64,000 nucleotides of DNA from an uncultured Spirochaetales bacterium (GTDB lineage Bacteria > Spirochaetota > Spirochaetia > SPDA01 > CAZSGZ01), in assembly GCA_964440465.1 (NCBI GenBank), contig CAYTSI010000002.1, positions 15,559 through 79,558 on the forward strand. Direction: 5' to 3'. Below, piece by piece: positions 22,396 through 32,700 of this stretch. A program made the translations under genes and the position numbers. The first letter of the stretch is position 1; the number at the start of each line of letters is the position of its first letter. The notes under the pieces were generated by a model. It was given only the letters and a program-made list of their open reading frames with translations, was not told where the DNA came from and ran no database searches.

Positions 22396-23189
22396 AAGGT
22401 CCGCGGAAAGATTATTATAAAATCCTCGGAGTTCCGAAAAACGCCGGCCTCGCGGAAATAAAAAAGGCCTTCCGGCGGAAAGCGAAAGAAATTCATCCCG
22501 ACACCGGAATCCATCATAAGCGGTCGGAACCGGCGGTGCGGGAAGTCATTACGGCGTATCAGGTCCTCAGTAACAGTAAATCGAGGAAAGAATACGACCG
22601 TGTGTACGTTCGGTATGAAGACGCGCAATTTAATTACCGCGATTTTCTTCTCAATCGAAAAGAGGACCCCGGCTGCCGGGGGAAACTCATTTTTTTCGAT
22701 CTTCTGCACAAAAACGAGGAATCGGCCATTTCCTTCTACAACGAATTGATGGCAACAGGTTCCTTTTCCCTGGAAGAAGAGTTAGGACGGGAGGATTTTA
22801 TGGACTGTGCTTTCCTTCTGTCGGAAGAATTTGAAAAAAAACGTGATTTTAAACGGGCTTTTCACCTGCTGTACCGGATATCGGAACTCGAGGAGGTGGA
22901 ACACTATTTTAAGCATTTTATGGAAGACGTGCAGATTAAAATGAAAGATGTTATCTGTAAAAAGATGCACGGAAAAATATCGAAGGAATTCCAAATAAAC
23001 TGTATTCAGCAGGTGCTGACGCTGCCTGTCTACGAAAAGGAATATCCGGTATATTTGAAAAAGCTTGCCGAAGTGTATTCCGAGATGGGAAAAATCGAAA
23101 AAGCGAGATATTATTTAAAACAATGTTTGGACTTGAAACCGGGACAGTCCGGAATCGAGAACTTACGAAAAAAATTGGCTTATTCTTGA
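22392..23189 (+). CDS. J-domain (DnaJ-like) protein with helical C-terminal region
   Basis: DYYKILGVPKNAGLAEIKKAFRRKAKEIHPDTG contains the HPD motif. No Gly/Phe or zinc-finger region, so not canonical DnaJ. Confidence 0.65.
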   Translation: MKGPRKDYYKILGVPKNAGLAEIKKAFRRKAKEIHPDTGIHHKRSEPAVREVITAYQVLSNSKSRKEYDRVYVRYEDAQFNYRDFLLNRKEDPGCRGKLIFFDLLHKNEESAISFYNELMATGSFSLEEELGREDFMDCAFLLSEEFEKKRDFKRAFHLLYRISELEEVEHYFKHFMEDVQIKMKDVICKKMHGKISKEFQINCIQQVLTLPVYEKEYPVYLKKLAEVYSEMGKIEKARYYLKQCLDLKPGQSGIENLRKKLAYS

Positions 23190-23243
23190 CATCGCCTAAA
23201 CGCGTTGGTAGGTTGAAATAAGCTAAAGAAAAGGATTGAACAG

Positions 23244-24326
23244 ATGAAACGGTTAACGATATGCTTTATAGCCGCTCTGTGCGCCGGCGCCGCGGCGTCC
23301 GCCCAGATACTGGACCAGCCGGCGGCGACGATCAATTATACGGAATCGGAAATGATAACTGCCAAACAGCTCGATTCGGCGGCCTCCCAGCTGAGACAGC
23401 AGTACAGCATGCTCGGCCAGCCCGTACCGTCCCGGGGTGAAATCCTGGAAGAGCTGGTTATTTCGAAACTTATTCTGCAGGCAGCGAAGAAAGAAAACAT
23501 AACGGTCTCCGATTCGGAGATAAAGTCCGCCATCCGGGCACAGCTGGGTCCGGAGGGAGTAAACGTTACGGATGAACAGCTCCAGATGCTCGTACGGCAG
23601 CAGACAGGCCTCGGCTGGTCCGATTATCTGAAACAGGGAAAGGAACAGCTGATGGTGCAGAATTACATCAAATTAAAGAAACAGTCCCTGTTTAACAATG
23701 TCGCCCCCCCTTCGGACGAGGAAATCAGGGACATCTACGAGGAAAATCAGCACCTGTTTATCAATCCGGAGATGGTACGGTTCAGCCAGATATTCCGGGA
23801 CACCAGGAACCTGGGCCGGGAAGAGAAGCAGAAGGCGAGGGAGTTAATGGAGGAAATATACCGGGACCTGCGGAACGGAAGGGCCTCCTTCGACGACCTG
23901 GTCCTGAAATATTCAGATGACACTCAGTCGAGGTATAAGGGCGGAGATGTCGGATATCTTGCCAGAAACGACGCGAATTCCAAGCAGCTGCTGGGAACGA
24001 CATTTTTTCAGACCGTTTTCGATACCCCGGAAGGGCAGGTTTCATCGATTGTTGAATCGAACATCGGGTACCATATTATTAAAGTAACCGAAAAATTACC
24101 CGCCCGGCTCCTCGGACTGCGGGACAAGGTTACCCCGGCATCGAAAGAAACGGTCCGGGACAGAATTATCTCGCTGAAAACAATGGAAAAACAACAGAAG
24201 CTGTTCCAGCAGGCCGTCGGGGAAATTGTCCAGGACCTGAAACGGTATGCTGAAATACGGATTTACGCGTCCAACGCTGGTATCAATGCTTCGGAATTGA
24301 CCTATTTCCGCGACAGCGTCCGGTAG
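23244..24326 (+). CDS. SurA/PrsA-like peptidyl-prolyl cis-trans isomerase (parvulin domain), secreted
   Basis: Signal peptide. SurA_N-like helical region. Parvulin-type domain (GGDVGYLARND...GYHIIKV). Confidence 0.7.
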   Translation: MKRLTICFIAALCAGAAASAQILDQPAATINYTESEMITAKQLDSAASQLRQQYSMLGQPVPSRGEILEELVISKLILQAAKKENITVSDSEIKSAIRAQLGPEGVNVTDEQLQMLVRQQTGLGWSDYLKQGKEQLMVQNYIKLKKQSLFNNVAPPSDEEIRDIYEENQHLFINPEMVRFSQIFRDTRNLGREEKQKARELMEEIYRDLRNGRASFDDLVLKYSDDTQSRYKGGDVGYLARNDANSKQLLGTTFFQTVFDTPEGQVSSIVESNIGYHIIKVTEKLPARLLGLRDKVTPASKETVRDRIISLKTMEKQQKLFQQAVGEIVQDLKRYAEIRIYASNAGINASELTYFRDSVR

Positions 24327-24337
24327 CCGCGGCTGCT

Positions 24338-24760
24338 ATGGGGGTACGCCGCCGGGGACGGATACTTGCGTTTCAAGCCTTGTTCAGCTGGGAAATAAGC
24401 AGGTCCGATACGGCCGAACTTCTCCGCTTCCCGTGGATCGCCGACGGTACTGGGCCGGAATATTCGGAGGATGTCCTCGCGTTCGCGCGTCTTTTGGTCC
24501 ACGGCTGCATAGAAAACATCGAAGCAGTGGATAACGAAATTAAAGAACATCTCGAACACTGGGACATTACGCGGCTGGTCAAGGTCGATCTTGCTCTCCT
24601 TCGGCTGGGGTGTTATTCTTTACTCTATCAGCGCCAGATACCGGCCACCGTTACCATTGACGAGGCCGTGGACATAGCAAAAATGTTCGGCTGTGACGAT
24701 TCATACCGGTTTATCAACGGCGTATTAGACGGGATACGGAAAAGCATTGAAACAGGGTAG
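24338..24760 (+). CDS. nusB: transcription antitermination factor NusB
   Basis: RRRGRILAFQALFSWE N-terminus and NusB-family helices. 140 aa. Confidence 0.85.
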   Translation: MGVRRRGRILAFQALFSWEISRSDTAELLRFPWIADGTGPEYSEDVLAFARLLVHGCIENIEAVDNEIKEHLEHWDITRLVKVDLALLRLGCYSLLYQRQIPATVTIDEAVDIAKMFGCDDSYRFINGVLDGIRKSIETG

Positions 24761-26414
24761 GAGCGGAAAACGGTTAGTACTCATCCTTAGTATCGCGGTC
24801 ATCCTCTTTGGCGGCGGCGGTATTTTCGCCTATTTGAAGTGGTTCAGGCCGGGGAGTGATGTCCCGGATGTGCCCGCGATCCTCCTGGAAGCCGATTACG
24901 CCCTGGAAAACGGATTTTATTCCGAAGCCGCGGACATTCTCGAAAAAACAAGGTCCTACACCGGCAGCAGCCAGGAATGGATGCGAATTCTCAGGCGTGC
25001 CGAAGCTGTAAGCCGGGGGACCGGCGATTACCGTTTTCTCCGCGGTTACGGTAAGGCTGCCGTCAGCGATCTGCCGGGTAATGAGGAGCTTCACGCGGTG
25101 TACACCTATGCCCTCATCCGGACGGGACTCTACGAAGACGCCTACGAACATGCCGCACGGCATCTTGAATCGAAATTGTACCACTCCCTTATCGCGGAAG
25201 CCGCCCTCAATCTCGGTCCGCAAGCGTATGATCCGAAAGAACTTGAGGATAACGAGTTTTCCGTGTTTCTCGCCGATGCCCCCGCCGGAGACCCGGGCTT
25301 TTTTGAGGAACTGGCCGCGGAGTACCAGGATGACCGCCTTTTTGCCGCCTCGGCTGTTGCCTGGATGATGGAGGGAAATGTCGAGAGGGCGGTCGAGAAC
25401 GCGGTAAAGATCAATTCCGGAGACTTCACCCTCCTGAAATACTACATCTACTACGATTACGGAGTATACGATACCGCCGGAGAGCTGCTGTCGGAACTTC
25501 GATACACGTCCGAGTTTGATACGACCGAGGGTCTGCTCCTGCGCGCCGACCTTGAAATGGCCATGGGCAGTTTCGAAAAAGCAGGGGACACCTACAGGAC
25601 GATAATCGAAGACGATCCGGAGGCGAGCTGGATACCCTACCTGAATACCGCGTGGATTTATACCCGGAAGGGTGAATATGAACAAGCCGCCGATGCGTTA
25701 ATCGGAGGCTACGAGCTGTTTCCAGGAAAAGAGGAAGTGGCAACGGCCTTTTCAATTTTTCTGCTGCAGATAACCCGGGTAGATATCGACAACGCGGTCC
25801 TGCTGCAACTCGAGGAGGGACTACGGGAACACGAAGAGATGCTTGGCGTATACCGGCAGGCCGTGCAGGCGTCCAAAAGCCCGGAACGGTACCGGGCAAT
25901 TCTCTGGGAACTGTTCAACCTGCATCCCGAAAACGTGAAAATTGCCCAGTATTTTGCATGGTATCTGCTGGGAATAAAAGATATCGTCGACCTTCGGCTC
26001 GTTCTTGAAAAATCGGAAAACCGCTACGGGGAAATGGAATGGATATGGTTTTTTCACGGTTGTATTTATGCCGTCAGAGGACAGATCGAAACCGCGGAAG
26101 AATATTTTGTACAGTCGCTGGAAAAAAACGACAGGTGGGAGACGGCCTATAATCTGGCACTGCTGGCCATGCGGTACGGCAATACGGACAAGGCCTATGA
26201 ATATTTCCGCGCTGCGGAATTACAATTGACGGCAAAAAAGGAAACCCACGGCACAATTATCGCGCAAATTAGAGTAAAAACGGCCTGGATACTCTATGTA
26301 AACGGTCAGCATGATGCATCAAAACGGCAGGTGGACTACGCCCTGGAAATGGACGGCGGGAATCTGGAGGGGCAATTACTGCGGAAGAAGCTTGAAGCTG
26401 AAACAAAAAGGTGA
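24747..26414 (+). CDS. membrane-anchored TPR-repeat protein
   Basis: TTG start. One N-terminal TM (LVLILSIAVILFGGGGIFAYL), then TPR-like helical repeats through the C-terminus. Confidence 0.55.
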   Translation: MKQGRSGKRLVLILSIAVILFGGGGIFAYLKWFRPGSDVPDVPAILLEADYALENGFYSEAADILEKTRSYTGSSQEWMRILRRAEAVSRGTGDYRFLRGYGKAAVSDLPGNEELHAVYTYALIRTGLYEDAYEHAARHLESKLYHSLIAEAALNLGPQAYDPKELEDNEFSVFLADAPAGDPGFFEELAAEYQDDRLFAASAVAWMMEGNVERAVENAVKINSGDFTLLKYYIYYDYGVYDTAGELLSELRYTSEFDTTEGLLLRADLEMAMGSFEKAGDTYRTIIEDDPEASWIPYLNTAWIYTRKGEYEQAADALIGGYELFPGKEEVATAFSIFLLQITRVDIDNAVLLQLEEGLREHEEMLGVYRQAVQASKSPERYRAILWELFNLHPENVKIAQYFAWYLLGIKDIVDLRLVLEKSENRYGEMEWIWFFHGCIYAVRGQIETAEEYFVQSLEKNDRWETAYNLALLAMRYGNTDKAYEYFRAAELQLTAKKETHGTIIAQIRVKTAWILYVNGQHDASKRQVDYALEMDGGNLEGQLLRKKLEAETKR

Positions 26415-26450
26415 TACCCTTTCATTCAGGATTTGTTGTAAGGAGTTAGT

Positions 26451-26891
26451 ATGGCAAAAGTTAGCGAATCTGCAAATTGTCTTATCGGAGAAGGTTCGGT
26501 TTTCGAGGGGAGATTTTTTGTAGAAGGATCGATACGCATCGAAGGCAAATTCGAAGGTGAAATAAAAACGGAAGACCAGCTCGTTATTGCTCCCAGCGGG
26601 AAAGTGAAGACCGATATCGTCGCGAAACGGGTTGTTGTAGCCGGGACACTCATCGGCAACATCAAGGCTTCGGAAGAGGTCAATCTGCTGGAAACGGGGA
26701 AGGTCTTGGGGAATATCGAAACTCCGAAACTAATCGTAGAGCCGGGAATCGTTTCGCAGGGGAAAGTCTCAATTACTTCAAATGTCTCCGGGGAAGTTGA
26801 ATCGGTTATCAATACCGCCTTCGGGGAGGACGCGAAAACATTATTTTCCAATCTTGGTAATGAAAAAAAACCTAAGCAAAAACAGGAATAA
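26451..26891 (+). CDS. bactofilin (polymer-forming cytoskeletal protein, DUF583)
   Basis: Right-handed beta-helix repeat pattern (SVFEGRFFVEGSIRIEGKFEGEIKTEDQLVIAPSGKVKTDIVAKRVVVAGTLIGNIKA...). AAGGAG RBS. Confidence 0.75.
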   Translation: MAKVSESANCLIGEGSVFEGRFFVEGSIRIEGKFEGEIKTEDQLVIAPSGKVKTDIVAKRVVVAGTLIGNIKASEEVNLLETGKVLGNIETPKLIVEPGIVSQGKVSITSNVSGEVESVINTAFGEDAKTLFSNLGNEKKPKQKQE

Positions 26892-26916
26892 CAGCGGTCC
26901 GAGTTCCGTACAGGAA

Positions 26917-27669
26917 ATGATACGCCTGAAAAACAAAGATGAAATCAAACGGATAAAGGACTCGGGACGTATTTTAGGGGAAATGTACAGTAAAATACGA
27001 CCGCTGATAGTACCGGGAATAAGCACCGGCGAGCTTGACAAGTTCGCGCGCGACTTTGTGGAAAAACGGGGGGCGAAAGCGGCCTTTTTCGGGTATATGG
27101 AGTATCCCGCCTCCCTCTGCGTTTCCGTGAATGAGGAAGTAATTCACGGAATCCCGGGAAAACGGAAACTGCTGGAGGGGGACATTATCAGTCTCGATTT
27201 CGGGGTGGACCTGAAAGGGTATATCAGCGATTCCGCCTTTAGCATGGCGGTGGGGAAGATCTCCCCGGAGGCGGAACAACTGATGGACCTTACCCGGAAA
27301 GCACTCTACGCGGCGATTGAACAAGCCGCGGCGGGCAATAGAATACGGGACATATCCGCGGCGGTGTACGGAAAGGCTGAAGAAAAGGGATACGGAGTGG
27401 TAAGAGAATATTGCGGACACGGCGTGGGCTTCGAAGTCCACGAGCCGCCGCAGATACCGAATTATATCGCGAAGGGGAGAAACCCGCGGATCAGACCCGG
27501 AATGGTACTGGCAATCGAACCGATGATCAATGCCGGGACCGGCGATATACTGGTTTTAGACGACGAATGGACGGTAATTACCGCGGACAGAAAGTTGTCC
27601 GCCCATTTCGAACATACCGTTGCCGTTCATGAAGACTGTACCGAAATATTGACCGGCGGCGGGGACTGA
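26917..27669 (+). CDS. map: methionine aminopeptidase type I
   Basis: CHGVGFEVHE, LAIEPM and FEHTVAV metal-ligand motifs. Start chosen at MIRLKNKDEIKRIK. The track ORF from 26782 overlaps bactofilin and is probably an N-terminal over-extension (alternative ATG 26860). Confidence 0.85.
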   Translation: MIRLKNKDEIKRIKDSGRILGEMYSKIRPLIVPGISTGELDKFARDFVEKRGAKAAFFGYMEYPASLCVSVNEEVIHGIPGKRKLLEGDIISLDFGVDLKGYISDSAFSMAVGKISPEAEQLMDLTRKALYAAIEQAAAGNRIRDISAAVYGKAEEKGYGVVREYCGHGVGFEVHEPPQIPNYIAKGRNPRIRPGMVLAIEPMINAGTGDILVLDDEWTVITADRKLSAHFEHTVAVHEDCTEILTGGGD

Positions 27670-29108
27670 TGAAAAAAAAATTGTCGGCACCGGTCTGTAG
27701 TTTCGCCTGCCTTTTTTCGCTGCTGCTCTTCTCAGGCTGCGCGACCCGCGCCGGAGAGGGCCGGCTGGAGGCCGCCCTGGAACTGCAGGAGACCTTTCGC
27801 CGGATAGCCGTTGATGTCCTGCCGGTCGTGGTAAAGCTGGAAGTTGTCGAAATTACTACACAAATCGCGCCGGAAGGAGATGATTTCCCCTTTTCTCCCT
27901 GGCATTTCGGCCCTTTTGATCCGGACAAAGATCTGGAACGAAAACGGGAGTTTATCAATCAGGGAATCGGCTCCGGTGTAATTGTCGAAAAGGCCGGAGA
28001 CACGTTTTACGTCTTAACGAACGAACACGTAGCGGGAAAGGCCGACACGGTCCGCGTGCATTTATACGACAAACGGACGTTTATCGGTAAAGTTGTCGGT
28101 ACCGACAGCAGAAAGGACCTGGCAATGATTTCCTTTACCGCCCCTTCCGGAGACGTTCCTATCGCGGTACTCGGCAATTCGGAGGAGACGAGGGTAGGCG
28201 ACTGGGTGTTGGCTGTCGGCAACCCCTTCGGATATGAATCGACGATAACCACGGGAGTTGTCAGCGCGATCGGCAGGAGAGGGCCGACGGGCAGTATCAG
28301 CGATTTTATTCAGACCGACGCGGCCATCAATCAGGGGAATTCAGGCGGGGCGCTGGTGAATTTGTACGGTGAGGTGATTGGAATTAATACCTGGATTTCC
28401 ACGCCGACAGGCGGAAATATCGGCATTAGTTTTGCGATTCCCGTCAACAATGTAAAAAAGGCCCTGCGCGATTTTATCGAGGTCGGCAGTATCCGGTACG
28501 GCTGGCTGGGTATCAGCATAGCCGAACTCATGGCGCCCGCGGCGGAAGACCTCGGCGTCGCGGGTAGGAACGGTGCCTTTGTCTACCATGTGTTCCGCGG
28601 TTCGCCCGCCGCGGAAGGGGGGATTGTGCCCGGGGATTTCATCACAAAACTGAACGGTACGGACATCGAGGACTCGAACCATCTCATTTTTTTTGTCGGG
28701 GACCTCGAGCCTGAAGAAAATATTGAAATCTCCCTGATACGAAACGGCGAGCCGACGACGCTGCGGGTTGAAATCGGCCTGCGTTCCGACGCGGAAATGA
28801 TTTCCAACCAGAGTGAAGATTTATGGCCCGGAATCGGGGTACTGCCGCTGACATCCGGTGTCCGGGAAGAATTCAGCGTCGATGAAGGTCTGAAGGGTGT
28901 TATTGTGAGTGACGTGGAGCCGAAAACACCATTTCAGGAGCTTGGGGTACAATTCGGCGACATTTTGACCGAAATAAATGGTAACGGCATTCATTCGATG
29001 CATGATTTTTATACCGCCTTGACCAAAGCGGACCCGGAGGAATTCAACGTTACGGTCTTTCGAAACGGTATAAAAAATAGGCTGCCAATGGACAAGGACA
29101 ACAGCTGA
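27669..29108 (+). CDS. htrA: HtrA/DegP-family serine endopeptidase with two PDZ domains, lipoprotein-type signal
   Basis: Catalytic triad context HVAG...D...GNSGGALVN. PDZ-like C-terminal halves. Signal LLLFSGC. ATGA overlap with the map stop. Confidence 0.9.
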   Translation: MKKKLSAPVCSFACLFSLLLFSGCATRAGEGRLEAALELQETFRRIAVDVLPVVVKLEVVEITTQIAPEGDDFPFSPWHFGPFDPDKDLERKREFINQGIGSGVIVEKAGDTFYVLTNEHVAGKADTVRVHLYDKRTFIGKVVGTDSRKDLAMISFTAPSGDVPIAVLGNSEETRVGDWVLAVGNPFGYESTITTGVVSAIGRRGPTGSISDFIQTDAAINQGNSGGALVNLYGEVIGINTWISTPTGGNIGISFAIPVNNVKKALRDFIEVGSIRYGWLGISIAELMAPAAEDLGVAGRNGAFVYHVFRGSPAAEGGIVPGDFITKLNGTDIEDSNHLIFFVGDLEPEENIEISLIRNGEPTTLRVEIGLRSDAEMISNQSEDLWPGIGVLPLTSGVREEFSVDEGLKGVIVSDVEPKTPFQELGVQFGDILTEINGNGIHSMHDFYTALTKADPEEFNVTVFRNGIKNRLPMDKDNS

Positions 29109-29716
29109 TGAAAAAAGAATTTCTTTCCTACACTACCGTCCGCAATAACGCGTTGAAACTGGCGTACACCATTTACAAGGACGACTTTGTTCCGGATGTT
29201 ATTTATGTTTCCCTCCGGGGAGGGGCCTATCTCGCGAATATTCTGAGCGAATACTTTAAATTCGTGCGGAGAGACAAACATCCTGTTTTCTATGCCGCTG
29301 TGGTCGCCCGGTCCTATACCGGGATCGCGCTGCAGGAAGGGATAAAGATCGACGGCTGGACCTACGACCCCGAATATCTCCGTTCCGGGGACAAAGTGCT
29401 GCTGGTGGACGATATTTTCGACAGCGGAAAAACAATCAACAAACTGGTGGAAGTAATTTTGCAAAAGGGAATACCCCGGGAGGATGTCCGGGTGGCGGTA
29501 CACGATTACAAAGTAATTCAGTATTTAGACAGGGAGATGCCCGTCCAGCCCTATTATTACTGCAGAAAACACATTATACCGACGAAGGAGGATGAAATCT
29601 GGATACACTACTCCAGCCATGAACTGGTCGGACTGTCCGAAGAGGAGCTGGAGGAGTATTATTTCAGCGCGGACCCGGAACTCCGGGAGGCACTCAGCAT
29701 TTTTAAACAGTCATGA
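29108..29716 (+). CDS. phosphoribosyltransferase-like protein
   Basis: PRPP-binding-type motif VLLVDDIFDSGKT. 202 aa. ATGA overlaps on both sides. Confidence 0.5.
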   Translation: MKKEFLSYTTVRNNALKLAYTIYKDDFVPDVIYVSLRGGAYLANILSEYFKFVRRDKHPVFYAAVVARSYTGIALQEGIKIDGWTYDPEYLRSGDKVLLVDDIFDSGKTINKLVEVILQKGIPREDVRVAVHDYKVIQYLDREMPVQPYYYCRKHIIPTKEDEIWIHYSSHELVGLSEEELEEYYFSADPELREALSIFKQS

Positions 29717-32700
29717 AGCGAATTGTACTGCCGTTATTGCTGATATTCATTCCCCTCTTCTCCACCGCGGAAGAACACGGCGGAACTTTCCTGTTTTCCC
29801 ATACCCCCGGCAGTTATCCCCGGGACATATATCTCGAACTTACGGGGGAAGGGCCGGACGGCAGGGAGCTGTATTACTACTTTGAAGAGAGTCTCAATCA
29901 GACCCCTGTGGAATATTCAGTACCGCTCCATCTCTCCGCTCTGCAGGGAGAAACTCGTACCTATTCCCTGGTGGTTTTTGAGAAAGAGGACTGGGAAAAC
30001 CGAAAACGGGCGGTGTTTATTATTGACCGGGAAAAACCCCCGCCTCCGAAAGTTTCGGTGGAACCGGGTATTTTTTCCGATGAAATTGCCCTTACCTACC
30101 GTTCCGGCAGCGGCGGGGACGTTTATTATTCCGTAAAAACGGAAGATTACGCGGAGTACAACAAATGGGACGGCACACCGGTCCTGCTGCAGGGGAAAGA
30201 CGGGTATATAATGACATACACGGTGGGTGTGTACGCCGTCGATGAGGCGGGAAACCGGGGGCCGACAGCCGAATACACCTACGTTATCAATAAAAGTACC
30301 CGTTTTCCCGGACATTATCTTGATATTTCCAGCCCCGCGGCGGGGACGTTTCAGAATACACAGCTCCTTGCCTGTGTTCACGAAGGTTTTTCCTGGATCA
30401 GGTATACCGTTAACGGCGACAACCCGGTTACCGACGGAACTGAGTACACAACGCCGGTAATGATCCGGAAGCGGGGGAAGGTCGTTCTGCGGATCGCGGG
30501 GTATGTTCCCGACACGAAAGAAATTGTCGAAAAAAAAATTGAATACATGGTAGCGGAAGAGGCCCGGCCGCTGCTTTCCGTTGAAAGCGGAGTAATAACG
30601 GAAACGGTCCGGATAGAATTTGTAGGCGGTCCCGGCTTCCGGTATACCATGAATGATACGCCGCCGGGCATATATGATGAAACCGCTTTTTCATCACTTA
30701 CCCTCGAACCGCCGCGGAATATGCGGCGTCCCGTTGTCCTTAGGTTCGCGGACCCCGCCTCGGAAGCGGGAGATTACAGATATACCTACGTTCTTGACGG
30801 CTGGAAACCTGCAGCGCCCCGATGTTTCGCTTTTCAGCAGGAGAACAGGAGGGAATACAAGGTTGCCTTCGCCGCCGAAAGGGGAACGGCCGTTTACTAC
30901 ACCCGGGGCGGCGAAGAACCGGACACCGGTTCAATTCGGTACGCCGGGCCGTTCGCGGTGGAAGCACCCGGGCCGGGGGAAAGTCCGTCCGCGGTCATTA
31001 AGGCTGTCGCCGTCTCGCGTACCGGCGGCAGGTCCGAAACAGCGGAGCTGCGCCTCGAATTCTCCCGCGATCTCCCGCCGGCGCCCTCCGGGAAGGTTGA
31101 AAACAACAACAGGGTTATTATCGAAAAACCCGCCCCGGGGGCTGTTATTTACGAAAAGAGCAGCGACCCCTTGTCCCTGCCCGTCCCCGGTGCCGCTTCG
31201 CCGGAGATAGACGGAGACATCCTTTTTACCCTTCCCTACGGTATGGAGCAGAAAACATACCTGCAGCTGGCGCTGCGGGACAAACATGGAAATGTATCCG
31301 GACCTTCCGAGATTTTCGAATTGTCCGTCGATAATCAGCCGCCCGCGAAGCCGGTAATAAAGTTTCTCGACGGAATTGTCAAAATTACCCCGCAAAGCGG
31401 GAGTACGGCCTACTTTACCCTTGTACGGGAGGTTGACGGGACCGCGGAAGTACGAAATAGAGACGAGTTGTATGAAAAACCGTTTTTTGTTTTCGGCAGT
31501 GAGGGGAAGAAGACGGAGTATGAGCTTAGCGCGTACGCGGTCGACGGGGCGGGAAACAACAGCGGTGAAACGGATGCAATGCGGTTTTCAGTTGATACGC
31601 GGGAACCGGCGCCGCTGACCGTAAGCGGTGTCGAAGACGGCGGTATCTATAACGAAGCGGTAACAATCCGGTTTTCCTCCATGTACGCCGACCAGAAGGT
31701 CCTGTATACGGCCGAAACGGACGCGGGAGAGGGTACGGAACTTCAGGTCGATACGGCCTCAGAGGCCGCTGGAGAGGGCGTCATTGTGTTTTCCGGAGAG
31801 GAAGACACGGTACATACCTATACGGTTGCGTATGCCCCGTATTTGGAGGACAACGGCAGTATTGGAGAGACGCGGCAGCTTTCCTTCACAATCGACATGC
31901 AGCTTCCGCAAGCCCCCCGCGTGCGGGGTATTGAGCATGAGGCGGAATATGTAAACGGCGTTACCATTACCCACAGTAACCCTGAGGAAGGTGAAACGGT
32001 ATACTACAGCATCAGCACCGGCGGGACGGCCCCTCCGGACTGTTTCGGCCGGGAGGGGAGGAAATTCGTATCACCCCTGCATCTGCAAGGGGAAAAGGAC
32101 AAAAAAATAACGTATTCGCTGCTGTTCGGGTCCGTCGACGAAGCCGGAAACACAACCTACTCCGAAGAACTGTATGTATTTACCATCGACAGAGAAGCGC
32201 CGAAGGCACCGGCCGCGCGGGTAGAGTATCCCGACGAAAACATGTCCCGGGCGGAAGTGTCTGTTGAAGCCGGCGAAGAGATTTCGGTGTTTTATGAAAT
32301 AGCTGAAGGAAATATCCTCCCGGCAATTCCTCATGAGGAGTCGTCCCTCTTCGATCCCGGTTCTCCCCTTATTCTCAGCGGAAGAGATGGAGAGGATGTA
32401 ACCTACAACATCAGACTTATCAGTGTCGACGCGGCCGGAAACAGAAGCAGGGAAGTACCGGTATTTTCAGTGCGGATCGATAAAAAGGACCCCGGCGCGG
32501 GAGGGGAACCGGTATATATTTCCTATAAATCGGGCGCGGTCGACATCAGCTGGGACCATCTGCGGGGAGTAGATATTTTTTATGCTTTCGATGGTGAAGA
32601 CTGGAAGAAGTACGAATCACCACTAACCATTTCCGGCGGAAGCGCGCAAACAATTTCCTACTATTTCAAGGACCGGGCGGGAAATACAAGTAAAACCGCG

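Noticed and set aside
24774-25685. 303-aa minus-strand ORF antisense to the TPR gene 24747-26414
   Set aside because: Shadow ORF inside a coding region. Low-complexity R/G-rich translation.
26782-26916. Long N-terminal extension of map overlapping bactofilin by 110 nt
   Set aside because: Type I MAP normally begins near ...IKLK/EEI.... The internal Met at 26917 gives a standard-length enzyme and removes the overlap.
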